The position numbers and the translations under genes are program-made. DNA of 64,000 bases from an uncultured delta proteobacterium (lineage in GTDB: Bacteria > Desulfobacterota > Desulfuromonadia > Geobacterales > Pseudopelobacteraceae), in NCBI GenBank assembly GCA_963772835.1, contig CAVYYZ010000008.1:1-64000 (forward strand). The letters run 5' to 3'. Positions 55,413-64,000 of this stretch are shown one piece after another; position 1 is the stretch's first letter, and every line of letters starts with the position of its first letter. A model generated the notes under the pieces. That model was given only the letters and a program-made list of their open reading frames with translations, searched no databases and had not been told where the DNA came from.

Positions 55413-57554
55413 TTACACGGGGCGGTTGTCAAACCACTCCGTTACGGAGAGTTTTTCAGCCGATTTCCCATGTTTTTTCCCGAGACTTTCGGTCAGCTCG
55501 CCCGCATGCATCGGCATCGCCAGATAAAATCCCTGGACCTCATCGCAGCCGAGCCTGGTGAGGCTGTGCAGCTGATCACTGTTTTCAACCCCTTCAGCAA
55601 CGACCCGGAGACTCAGACTCTGTGCCATTGATATTATGGCCTCAATGATTGCGGAGTCACTTTCGTTGACAGAAACATCGGCTACAAACGATTTGTCTAT
55701 CTTGATCCGATCGACAGGAAAATGTTTCAGATAATTAAGAGATGAATAACCGGTCCCGAAATCATCGATGCTGAGCTGAATCCCCATCTTTTTAAGCGTG
55801 AGAAACGTTTCGATAGTTTTCTCCACATTTTCCATGAGAACGCTCTCGGTGAACTCAAGCTCAAGATTTTTTGGATTAACGCCTGTTTCATTGATTATTG
55901 TTGTGATCATTTCAATGAAATTGGGATGTTTCATCTGCTTTCCGGAAATATTCACCGCCATTTTCAGATTACAATGCTCTGTCGAGACCCATTCCCGCAT
56001 CTGAAGGCACGCGCTGCGGAGCACCCATTCCCCGACTTTGTTGATCAGTCCGGCATCTTCCAGGAGGGAGATAAACATTGCCGGCTGCATCAAGCCGAAT
56101 TCTGAACTCTGCCACCGCAGCAGCACCTCAACGCCCGCCATTTGTGACGTTTTTAAATCCCAGAGCGGTTGGTAATGGAGGAAAAACTCCTTCTTCTCAA
56201 GTCCTTGACGCAGGCTGTTTTCAAGTGCGACACGCTGCATGATCTTCTGATTCAATTCGGCTGAAAAGAAACGGAATTGCGACCTTCCCTCATTTTTTGC
56301 CTGATACATTGCAGTATCGGCACATCTGAAGAGAGTTGACGCATCAAGACTGTCGTCCGGATAGACGGAAATGCCGATACTGGCACTGGTGTAGATTTGT
56401 CTCCCTTCAATGTCGAAAGGTGTCGTGAAAATGGCCTGAATCCGCTGTATAACGGTGGCGATATTTTCCTGAGACAGGACCGCCGGACACACCACCACAA
56501 ACTCATCTCCGCCGAGCCGGGCCAGAACATCGGAGTCCCGCATGCAGCCGGAAAGACGCTCCGCAACCGAACGAAGAAGTTTGTCGCCGACATCGTGTCC
56601 CTGTGTATCATTTACATCCTTGAAATTGTCCAGATCGAGAAAGATGAGGTTGACCTTGTCCCGGTCACGTTGCGCCTGCGCCAGTGTCTGGTGCAGCTGC
56701 TCAAGAAACATGCCGCGGTTAGGCAGCCCGGTCACTATGTCATAATAGGCGAGCTGGTGTATCTTTTCTTCTGCCACCTTCTTTTCAGAAATATCTTCAC
56801 ATGTGGTAATAATCCCGAGATAACGGGCTTCCCCGTCGCACACGGAGATTGAGGTAAGCTGAGCCGGGAACTCTTCGCCGTTTTTACGGACATTGACGCT
56901 TTCGCGTCGCCAGACTCCGAGTTTCCGCAACTGTTCAGCGCCAAGCTGCCTGCTTCGACTGCCGGTAGAAAACTTTCTGGCTTCTTTTCCGATAAGTTCA
57001 TCGACCTTATATCCATGAATATGCGCTTCGGCAGGGTTCGAATAGATTATTATACCGTCGGTGTCGCAGAACGTTATACCGATCGGCAGGCTGTCCACCG
57101 CCACTTTCAGCATCTCCAGCCGCGCCCGGCTTTCCGTCAGTCGGATGACATTCCGGCTGGCCCGCAGCATGTATCGCACTCGATGCACCAGCAGTTCCGG
57201 ATTGAGCGGCTTGGCAATGAAGTCGGTGGCACCTGCCTCGAAGGCGCGATGGATTGAATCTGCGTTATCAAGAGCGGTCATCATCAGGACCGGGGTATAT
57301 TCTCCCCCGGGGAGAATCCGAATATCCTGGCAGGTTTCACAGCCATCCTTACCGGTCATGACCATGTCAAGAAGCACAAGGTCAGGATGGTCTGATGTGA
57401 AATGGTGTAGCGCAGAATCACCGTCAGCCGCCGTGGTTACCACAAAACCCGCCGCCGTCAGGGTATCCTGAAATATATTCCGCATGAACTGGTCATCATC
57501 GACAACTAGAATAACCGGAATTCCGGAGGAACTGATGTGTACTGTTTCAGACAT
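55413..57554 (-). CDS. REC-PAS-GGDEF-EAL c-di-GMP signalling protein
   Basis: VVDDD/LLDMVM receiver motifs, PAS domain, RDSD I-site plus GGDEF, EVL and DDFGTGYSS. Confidence 0.93.
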   Translation of the reverse strand: MSETVHISSSGIPVILVVDDDQFMRNIFQDTLTAAGFVVTTAADGDSALHHFTSDHPDLVLLDMVMTGKDGCETCQDIRILPGGEYTPVLMMTALDNADSIHRAFEAGATDFIAKPLNPELLVHRVRYMLRASRNVIRLTESRARLEMLKVAVDSLPIGITFCDTDGIIIYSNPAEAHIHGYKVDELIGKEARKFSTGSRSRQLGAEQLRKLGVWRRESVNVRKNGEEFPAQLTSISVCDGEARYLGIITTCEDISEKKVAEEKIHQLAYYDIVTGLPNRGMFLEQLHQTLAQAQRDRDKVNLIFLDLDNFKDVNDTQGHDVGDKLLRSVAERLSGCMRDSDVLARLGGDEFVVVCPAVLSQENIATVIQRIQAIFTTPFDIEGRQIYTSASIGISVYPDDSLDASTLFRCADTAMYQAKNEGRSQFRFFSAELNQKIMQRVALENSLRQGLEKKEFFLHYQPLWDLKTSQMAGVEVLLRWQSSEFGLMQPAMFISLLEDAGLINKVGEWVLRSACLQMREWVSTEHCNLKMAVNISGKQMKHPNFIEMITTIINETGVNPKNLELEFTESVLMENVEKTIETFLTLKKMGIQLSIDDFGTGYSSLNYLKHFPVDRIKIDKSFVADVSVNESDSAIIEAIISMAQSLSLRVVAEGVENSDQLHSLTRLGCDEVQGFYLAMPMHAGELTESLGKKHGKSAEKLSVTEWFDNRPV

Positions 57555-57679
57555 TAAAAACTCCGTGAAGAAATAAACTGCAGGAAAGAGTTAACTCCTC
57601 CCCGCACTTGCCTCTCGTTGAGAACCATATCAGAAAATAGCGATAATATACATTGAAAACAGCTTGTTGCCGTGCCATG

Positions 57680-58696
57680 TCAGATCTTCCCCGTAAAAAT
57701 CAACACCAGGAACGCGAAGTAAAAAACCCCTCCGGCCAGAAGGATTCCAGGTGTCAGGTGTTTTTTAATGCGAATCTGCAAATACGCCATGCCGACTGAG
57801 GCGAAGGTCAGGGCAACGGTTAGCAGCGCCGCCCTGTTGAGCTGCCAATCGGTCATCATGATGCCGATGGCGGTAATGATCGACCCCTGGAAGACCATGG
57901 CGCCAGTGACATTGCCGATCGCAAGAGTATCTTTCCCTTTTCCGATCCAGATGACGCTGTTGAATTTTTCCGGCAATTCGGTTGCAATCGGAGCGATGAT
58001 CAGGGCCAGAATGAAAGGGGATATTCCCATCTGCATGGAGATGATCTGGACCTTTTCCACAAATATGTAAGAACCCCACACAATCAGAAGCAGAGAACTG
58101 AGAACCTGAAAGCCGATAATCGTCATCTGCGGGTCATGAGATTTGGGAGCAAAATAGCAGGGATCTATTTCTGACTCTTCAATCTCATGTGCTTCAGGTT
58201 CGCCGCCGCCTCTGAGGGTTTGCAGAACATACCCGCCGTAGGTCAGAAGGAGAGACATGGCGATAAAGGTCTTGATGACCGGGTGTCCCCCGAGAAAAGA
58301 TGCAGTTATCGCCACGGCGTACAGGATCAGAAAGTATTCCATGTCACGCCGCATGACGACCGTATCGACCCTCATGACGGGGTAGTCGTCACGCTTCTTC
58401 CTGTTCCAGATCACTGCCACTCCGCTGATGAAAAAGGCGAGTGTGCCAAGCATGAAGGGGGCACCGATAATGGCACCGACCCCTATTTTGTGGCCGGATT
58501 CAGGAGCTCCGAACATGATGGCCACGATCGGCACCAGGGTTTCCGGCAGGGCGGTGCCGACCGCCGCGAAGATGCTCCCAACCGCGCCGTCCGACAGTTT
58601 CATTTTTTTGCCGAACCACTCCAGGCCGTTTGTAAAGACTGTTGCTCCCAGCAGTATAATACCCAGGGCGATCAGCAATAATAGCCAGTTCATCAT
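57680..58696 (-). CDS. CaCA family (sodium:calcium antiporter-like) cation exchanger
   Basis: Alpha repeats AVGTALPE and APIATELPE, plus GNVTGA; own ATG at 58696. Confidence 0.85.
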   Translation of the reverse strand: MMNWLLLLIALGIILLGATVFTNGLEWFGKKMKLSDGAVGSIFAAVGTALPETLVPIVAIMFGAPESGHKIGVGAIIGAPFMLGTLAFFISGVAVIWNRKKRDDYPVMRVDTVVMRRDMEYFLILYAVAITASFLGGHPVIKTFIAMSLLLTYGGYVLQTLRGGGEPEAHEIEESEIDPCYFAPKSHDPQMTIIGFQVLSSLLLIVWGSYIFVEKVQIISMQMGISPFILALIIAPIATELPEKFNSVIWIGKGKDTLAIGNVTGAMVFQGSIITAIGIMMTDWQLNRAALLTVALTFASVGMAYLQIRIKKHLTPGILLAGGVFYFAFLVLIFTGKI

Positions 58697-58698
58697 GA

Positions 58699-60517
58699 TT
58701 ACATCTCCACCCGTGGTCACAACTCCCTGCAGCTTGGCTGCCGGGAGTTTGTTGAACTGCACGAAGTTGGGGGTCAGTTTCTTAATCAAAGCAAAAACCT
58801 TCCAGATGGGGTTTCTGGTCTCGATATCCTCGATGCCGTAGAATATGACTTTTTCGTTAATGCCGTGCTCTTTAAGCCGTGCTTCAATATCCAGCACCCT
58901 CATGTACCCGGCCTGTATTTCAAAAAATTCCAGACCGACTCCGACATCCTTATTATGGTGGCACGCAACCCCGAATGGTTCATCGGTACGGACTATGGAG
59001 ATGAAGATATTACGTTCATAGACAATATTGGAGCGGATTACGCAGTGGACGATGTAAGGGGGAATCACGTCGAGCCCCTTAAGGAAGAACAGGGCTGTGC
59101 CGGCTATGTGTCCTTTGGCGTAAATCTGTTCGTACGAAAGCATGAAAATGTCAAGCTCCAGCGGTCGTAAGGCTTTGTACAGAGAGCGTTGCCCGTTAGT
59201 CCAGATCAGGATGGTTGCAAACGGGATTGAGGCGAGAATGATCGACCAGTATGCACCATGGGGGAATTTGGAAAAAGTGGACGTGAAATAGACCAGATCA
59301 ATCAAGGTGATGACAATTACAATGGGCACTTTCCACTTTTTGGTGGTTTTGGAGAAGACGATGATCATCATGATTGCGGTAATGGTCATGGAACCGGTGA
59401 CCGCCATGCCGTAGGCCGCTGCCAGATTGCCTGACTTCTGGAAGATGAACATCACGAAAATCACCGCCACCATCAGGAACCAGTTGACCGCACCGATGTA
59501 TATCTGGGACTGGATGTGGCTGGAGGTGTAATCAACCTTGAAGAGCGGCATAAGGCGGGTGGTGATCCCCTGGTAGACAATGGAAAAGACACCGCTGATA
59601 ATTGCCTGTGATGCGATAATGGTGGCCATGATTGTCAGCAGCAGAAACGGAATGTAGAAGAATGGGGACTGGCTCTGAATCATGGCGAAAAGGATGTTTT
59701 TTGCCTCCGGGTGGGAAAGGATGAATGCGCCCTGGCCGAGATAGTTCAGATAGAGTGCGACAAAGACGAAATACCAGGCCCGAATGATCGGCTTCTTGCC
59801 CAGATGTCCCATGTCGGCGTAGAGAGCCTCGCCGCCGGTAGAACATAGAATCACCTCGGACAGGACGATGTAGCCGGCAAATCCGTTCGTGCGGAAGAAT
59901 TCCACTGCGTGCCACGGATTGATTGCCGTCACAATGCCGGGAGTGCCGGATATGGAAACCAGACCCGAAACCAGCAGAACCGAGAAATAGATTACCATGA
60001 TCGGCCCGAAGATACGGGCAACTTTGTCGGTCCCTCTCGACTGAAAGAAGAACAGGGTGAAGGCAATAAGGGCGGCAATCACAACCAGAGTTGATTGATG
60101 GGTGGCGGCAAGTGAGGGGATCAGCAGAAAACCCTCCACCGCTGAGAGGATTGAAATCGCAGGGGTGATGACGCCGTCTCCCAGCAGCAGTGAAACTCCC
60201 AGAAAGGAAAGGAATCCGGCAAAGCCGAGTACCCGTCCTTTTTTGAAGAGCTTGATGATGATCTCCCGCAGGACGATTTCCCCTCCCTGCCCTTTCTTGC
60301 CCAGGCTCATCGCCAGCCAGGCGTATTCTGCGGTCACCAGGATGGTCATGGTCCAGAAGATCAGGGAAAGGATGCCGTAGACATTGGCAATGGTCGGTTT
60401 GGTTACGGCGAATACTACTGTCAAGGTATAGATCGGGCTGGTGCCGATGTCGCCGAATACCAGACCGAGGGCCTTGACGATACCGCCCCAGAATGAATCT
60501 TCGTTCTTGAGGGTCAT
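58699..60517 (-). CDS. kup: KUP/HAK/KT potassium transporter (copy 2)
   Basis: GLVFGDIGTSPIY, DGVITPAIS and GEALYADMGH motifs. One extra base near 58714 puts the TAA at 58699-58701 out of frame and fuses the ORF to CaCA. Confidence 0.93.
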
Positions 60518-60549
60518 GAAGTTCCCTGTCTCATTGCAGTCAAATAATA

Positions 60550-60577
60550 TAAAAAAAGAGCGGCATTTCAGCCGCTC
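60550..60577 (-). terminator. Terminator-like hairpin between the two kup genes
   Basis: Minus strand reads gagcggctgaaatgccgctc followed by ttttttt. Confidence 0.7.
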
Positions 60578-60626
60578 GCACTTATACACTATTTACTTGG
60601 AATTTGTCATCAATGATAGTGCAGGC

Positions 60627-62448
60627 CTACATTTCCACCCTCGTTACCACCCCCTGCAGCTTGGCGGCCGGAAGCTTGTTGAACTGTACGAAGTTGGGGG
60701 TCTGACGCTTGATGGTGGAAAACAGTTTCCAGGCGATGTTGCTGGTTTCAATGTCTTCGATACCGTAGAAAATGACCTTTTCCGAGATTCCGTTTGTCTT
60801 CAGAATCCCTTCGATATCCAGTATCTCCATGTAGCCGACTCTTATTTCGATCGCATCCAGGCCGGTTGCCAGCCCCGTTTTCAGATCTGTTTCCAGCCCG
60901 TACGGTTCGTCGGTGCGAACAATGGAAATCAGTACATTGCGCTCGTAAATGATGTTGCTGCGAATGATGCAGTGCACCATGTAGGGGGGGATGACGCTCC
61001 ATTCCTTGACAAAGAACAGTCCGGTGCCGGGGATATTCTTCCCCTTGGCGTAGATCTGGCTGTAGGCCATTTCGAACGTCTCGAAGTCCAGCGGTCGGAG
61101 CGCCCGGTACAGTGCCCGCTGCCCCTTGGTCCAGATGATAATGGTGATGAACGGGACCGATGCCAGAATGAGCGACCAGTAGCCGCCATGGGGGAACTTG
61201 TTCAGGTTGGCGAGCAGAAATACAAGATCGGCAAGGGTTACCAGCAGGGCGATCGGAACCTTCCATTTTTTCTTCGTGTGTGCGTAGATCATGGTCATCA
61301 TGATGCCGGTGATGGTCATGGTGCCGGTCACCGCCAATCCGTAGGCCGCCGCCAGGTTTTCGGATTTTTTGAAGACCAGCATGATCATGATCACAGCGGC
61401 CAGCAGCGCCCAGTTGATAGAGCTGATATAGATCTGGGACTTGAGGTGGGTTGACGTGTAGTCGACTTTCAGCAGCGGCAGGATACGGGTGGTGATCCCC
61501 TGGTACACGATTGAGAAAACACCGCTGATCAGGGCCTGTGATGCAATGACGGTGGCGATGATTGTCAGAATCAAGAAACGGTATGTAGAGAAATGCGGCC
61601 TCGTTGCGTACCATGCCGAACAGGACGTTCTTGGCATCAGGATGGGTGATGATGTAGGCACCCTGGCCCAGATAGTTGATCACCAGCGCTGCAAATACGA
61701 AGTACCAGGCCCGGACGATCGGCTTGCGCCCCAGGTGCCCCATGTCGGCATAGAGCGCCTCGCCGCCGGTGGCACAGAGGATTACCTCGGAGAGGACGAA
61801 GAAGCCTGCCAGGCCGTTTTCGTACAGGAACCGGGCCGCGTACCAGGGGCTCAGCGCTTTGAGAACAACGGGGTGATCAATGATTGAGAACGCACCGGAC
61901 AGGGTCAGGGAGATGAACCAGAGCACCATCAGCGGACCAAAGGCCCGGGCGACCTTGTCGGTCCCCTTGTTTTGAAATACGAAGAGTCCAACGGCGATAA
62001 TAGCGGCAATCAGGATCAGGATGTTTTGCGATGTGTGTTCCAATCCGGGAATAAGCTCTATGCCCTCGACGGCAGAGAGGATCGAGATGGCCGGAGTGAT
62101 GACACCGTCGCCGATCAGGAGGCAGATGCCGATATAGGAGAGGAAGGTGACAAATGCAAGTGTTCGCCCCGGTTTGATCATTCTGACCAGGATTTCGCGC
62201 AGCACAATGGTGCCGCCCTCTCCCTTGCGTCCCAGACTCATGGCCAGCCAGGCGTATTCGACCATGACAAGGATAATGAGCGTCCAGACGATCAGTGAAA
62301 TTATGCCGTAGATGCTTTCCTGAGATGGTTTGGTCAGGGTGACGATGACAGTCAGCGTGTAGATCGGACTGGTGCCGATGTCTCCGAACACCAGTCCCAG
62401 GGCCTTGACGATTCCGCCCCAGTATGAACCTGCTTCATGCTGCTTCAT
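60627..62448 (-). CDS. kup: KUP/HAK/KT potassium transporter (copy 1), frameshift near 61577
   Basis: Same Kup motifs; two overlapping ORFs join at YIPF|LILTIIAT; ends GVVTRVEM. Confidence 0.92.
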
Positions 62449-62492
62449 GGTAATGTGCCTCCGTCAATAAATCCTGTGAGGCTGAACTTCGG

Positions 62493-62526
62493 AAAACGAA
62501 AAGCCGCCGGGATGAACCGGCGGCCC
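62493..62526 (-). terminator. Riboswitch expression-platform terminator
   Basis: Minus strand reads gccgccgg ttcatc ccggcggc ttttcgtttt, between the aptamer and the kup start. Confidence 0.8.
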
Positions 62527-62540
62527 GTAGCCGCTGTTGC

Positions 62541-62670
62541 GCCCTTCCAGTTGCCTACGAGGTTAGCTGACGGGCTCGGGATTGGAAGTTCCCTATCCGG
62601 CATCAGTGCCGGAATTCGCCCCTGCTGATCGGGTCCCCCGCATCCGTTATTAACGGATCTCGGCTGCAAT
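62541..62670 (-). ncRNA. c-di-AMP riboswitch (ydaO/yuaA class)
   Basis: Minus strand reads gccgagatcc...gcgggggaccc...ggggcgaat...tagggaac...cccgagcccgtcagctaacctcgtaggc, the hallmark ydaO sequence; lies upstream of kup. Confidence 0.93.
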
Positions 62671-62679
62671 TTCTGCTGA

Positions 62680-62707
62680 TTTATACTCCTTCTGAAAGTC
62701 GTGTCAA
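62680..62707 (-). promoter_or_regulatory. Sigma70 promoter for the riboswitch-kup transcript
   Basis: Minus-strand ttgaca (62707-62702), 16-bp spacer, tataaa (62685-62680), just 5' of the aptamer. Confidence 0.65.
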
Positions 62708-62794
62708 GAAATTCGTGGTGCGCTGCTTTAGTGTTCAGCATTGTCTGGTAAACTGGAATCAATATAATCCTGGAAGCATGTCGGGAGCATATCC

Positions 62795-63103
62795 ATGAGT
62801 TACCGCACGATTCTTGCCGTTATAAACGAACACACCGGATCCACCGTGGCAGCACACTATGCCATGGCGCTGGCGGTGTCAGGAGAATGCAGGCTTGTGC
62901 TGTATTGTGCTCATGAAGAGAGAGACGGCACTCTGGTCTCCCTCACCGTAGACCGCCATCAGGGGGAGTACGGCCCCAACGAGATCCGTGAGATGCACGC
63001 CAGGTCACTGGCCTCCCTTCTGGCTGCCCAGTTCACCCATTTCCTGCTGCTGCTGGCTGCGGATGAAACCCGCAAGTGGTATGTCAGGCGCGCAGTGAGT
63101 TGA
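62795..63103 (+). pseudogene. Chimeric remnant: universal-stress-protein N-terminus joined to N- and C-terminal scraps of a P-type cation ATPase
   Basis: MSYRTILAVINEH...AAHYAMALA (USP-like), YGPNEIRE...QFTHF (Cation_ATPase_N-like) and ADETRKWYVRR (P2-ATPase C-terminus-like). Confidence 0.55.
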
Positions 63104-63196
63104 ATTGTATTTGCTGTTTACACGGCGGTCAAAACTGGTAAACTCCCGCCTCAATATATTATATCGGGAAACCGGTTTCCAGGAGAGCACGATCAG

Positions 63197-63427
63197 ATGA
63201 TCTGCCGCTATTTTAAGGTCGCCCACCGCGACATGGTATTTCTCAAGTTTATTCTGGAGGCGTACGAGGGTATGAATGTCATGAGCACAGTTGACAACAA
63301 GGCTGGCATCATCCGCATCGCCATCATGCCCGGTTTTGTTGCTGATATGGATGATCTGCTTGCTGAGCTTGGTAAACAGGTGACGATGGAACCGACCGAG
63401 TGGCATGATGAACCCTGTGAATTCTGA
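63197..63427 (+). CDS. DUF4911-like small protein
   Basis: DMVFLKFILEAYEGMNVMSTVD pattern; RBS aggag. Confidence 0.75.
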   Translation: MICRYFKVAHRDMVFLKFILEAYEGMNVMSTVDNKAGIIRIAIMPGFVADMDDLLAELGKQVTMEPTEWHDEPCEF

Positions 63428-64000
63428 ACCCAGCCACCGCAGCGCCAGATATGCCCTTGCCCTGCTGCTGGCGGTCAACCTGCTCAACTACGTTGATCGT
63501 CAGGCCCTGTATGCCGTTTTCCCTCTGATCAAAGCGGACCTGCAACTCTCCGATACCGGGCTAGGTTTTCTGGGGAGTGCCTTCATGCTCTGTTACATGC
63601 TGGCGGCGCCGTTCTTCGGGAGGTTGGGAGATCGGAGCAATCGTGCCCGTCTTGCTGCCGGTGGCCTGGCGGTATGGAGTCTTGCCACCATGTTGTCCGG
63701 CCTGGCCGGCTCATACCGGGTGCTGCTGGCCACACGAACGCTCGTGGGGGTGGGGGAGGCCAGCTTTGGCACGGTTTCACCCGGTTTACTCTCCGACTAT
63801 TTCCCCCGTGAACGCCGTGGTCAAATATTGTCGCTCTTCTATCTGGCTATTCCGGTCGGGAGTGCGCTGGGGTACATTCTGGGCGGACAGCTTGGTCAGA
63901 CATTCGGCTGGCAAACAGCATTTCTGCTGGTTGGTCTGCCGGGGCTGTTTCTTGCCCTTCCGTTATATTTTCTCCGCGACCCACGCCAGAGTCCTTCACA
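63405..64000 (+). CDS. MFS transporter (spinster-like), partial at the window end
   Basis: Manual translation gives NLLNYVDRQ, FGRLGDRSNR and RTLVGVGEA; the frame stays open to the end of the window. Confidence 0.88.
   Translation, partial: MMNPVNSEPSHRSARYALALLLAVNLLNYVDRQALYAVFPLIKADLQLSDTGLGFLGSAFMLCYMLAAPFFGRLGDRSNRARLAAGGLAVWSLATMLSGLAGSYRVLLATRTLVGVGEASFGTVSPGLLSDYFPRERRGQILSLFYLAIPVGSALGYILGGQLGQTFGWQTAFLLVGLPGLFLALPLYFLRDPRQSPS

Noticed and set aside
57680..60589. 969-aa Kup-CaCA fusion protein
   Set aside because: Removing one base restores ...GVVTRVEM-stop, identical to the kup1 ending, and CaCA has its own ATG 2 bp later. The fusion is most likely an indel artefact.

Overview
This window comes from a Geobacteraceae-like (Desulfobacterota) chromosome, probably a long-read assembly. 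Bases 1-~4160 are a noisy, deletion-rich reverse-complement copy of ~4160-8804, a fold-back artefact that truncates mdcD. The real sequence begins with a malonate uptake and utilisation operon (TRAP dctPQM, matB, mdcACD) and a divergent GntR/MatR-type regulator with TTGTATACAA operators. Next come accessory genes, moaC, pilT with a degenerate MshEN-PilB protein, dnaB, a U32 family gene, cpoB-LysM-dprA-topA-trmFO and an orphan glcF. These are followed by an XRE regulator, acyl-CoA carboxylase, methylmalonyl-CoA mutase and epimerase, an OmpJ-like porin, parAB and atpF'FHAGDC. The end holds a methyltransferase, a radical SAM gene, a REC-PAS-GGDEF-EAL gene, a c-di-AMP riboswitch upstream of kup-kup-CaCA, and a partial MFS gene. 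The most interesting signal is a GxxExxY nuclease gene bracketed by ~30-bp inverted repeats built from 8-bp units and lying between the mutase and epimerase genes. Gene-less inverted-repeat pairs of related design occur in other intergenic spacers, suggesting a REP/MITE-like selfish system. Several single-base frameshifts are probably sequencing errors.
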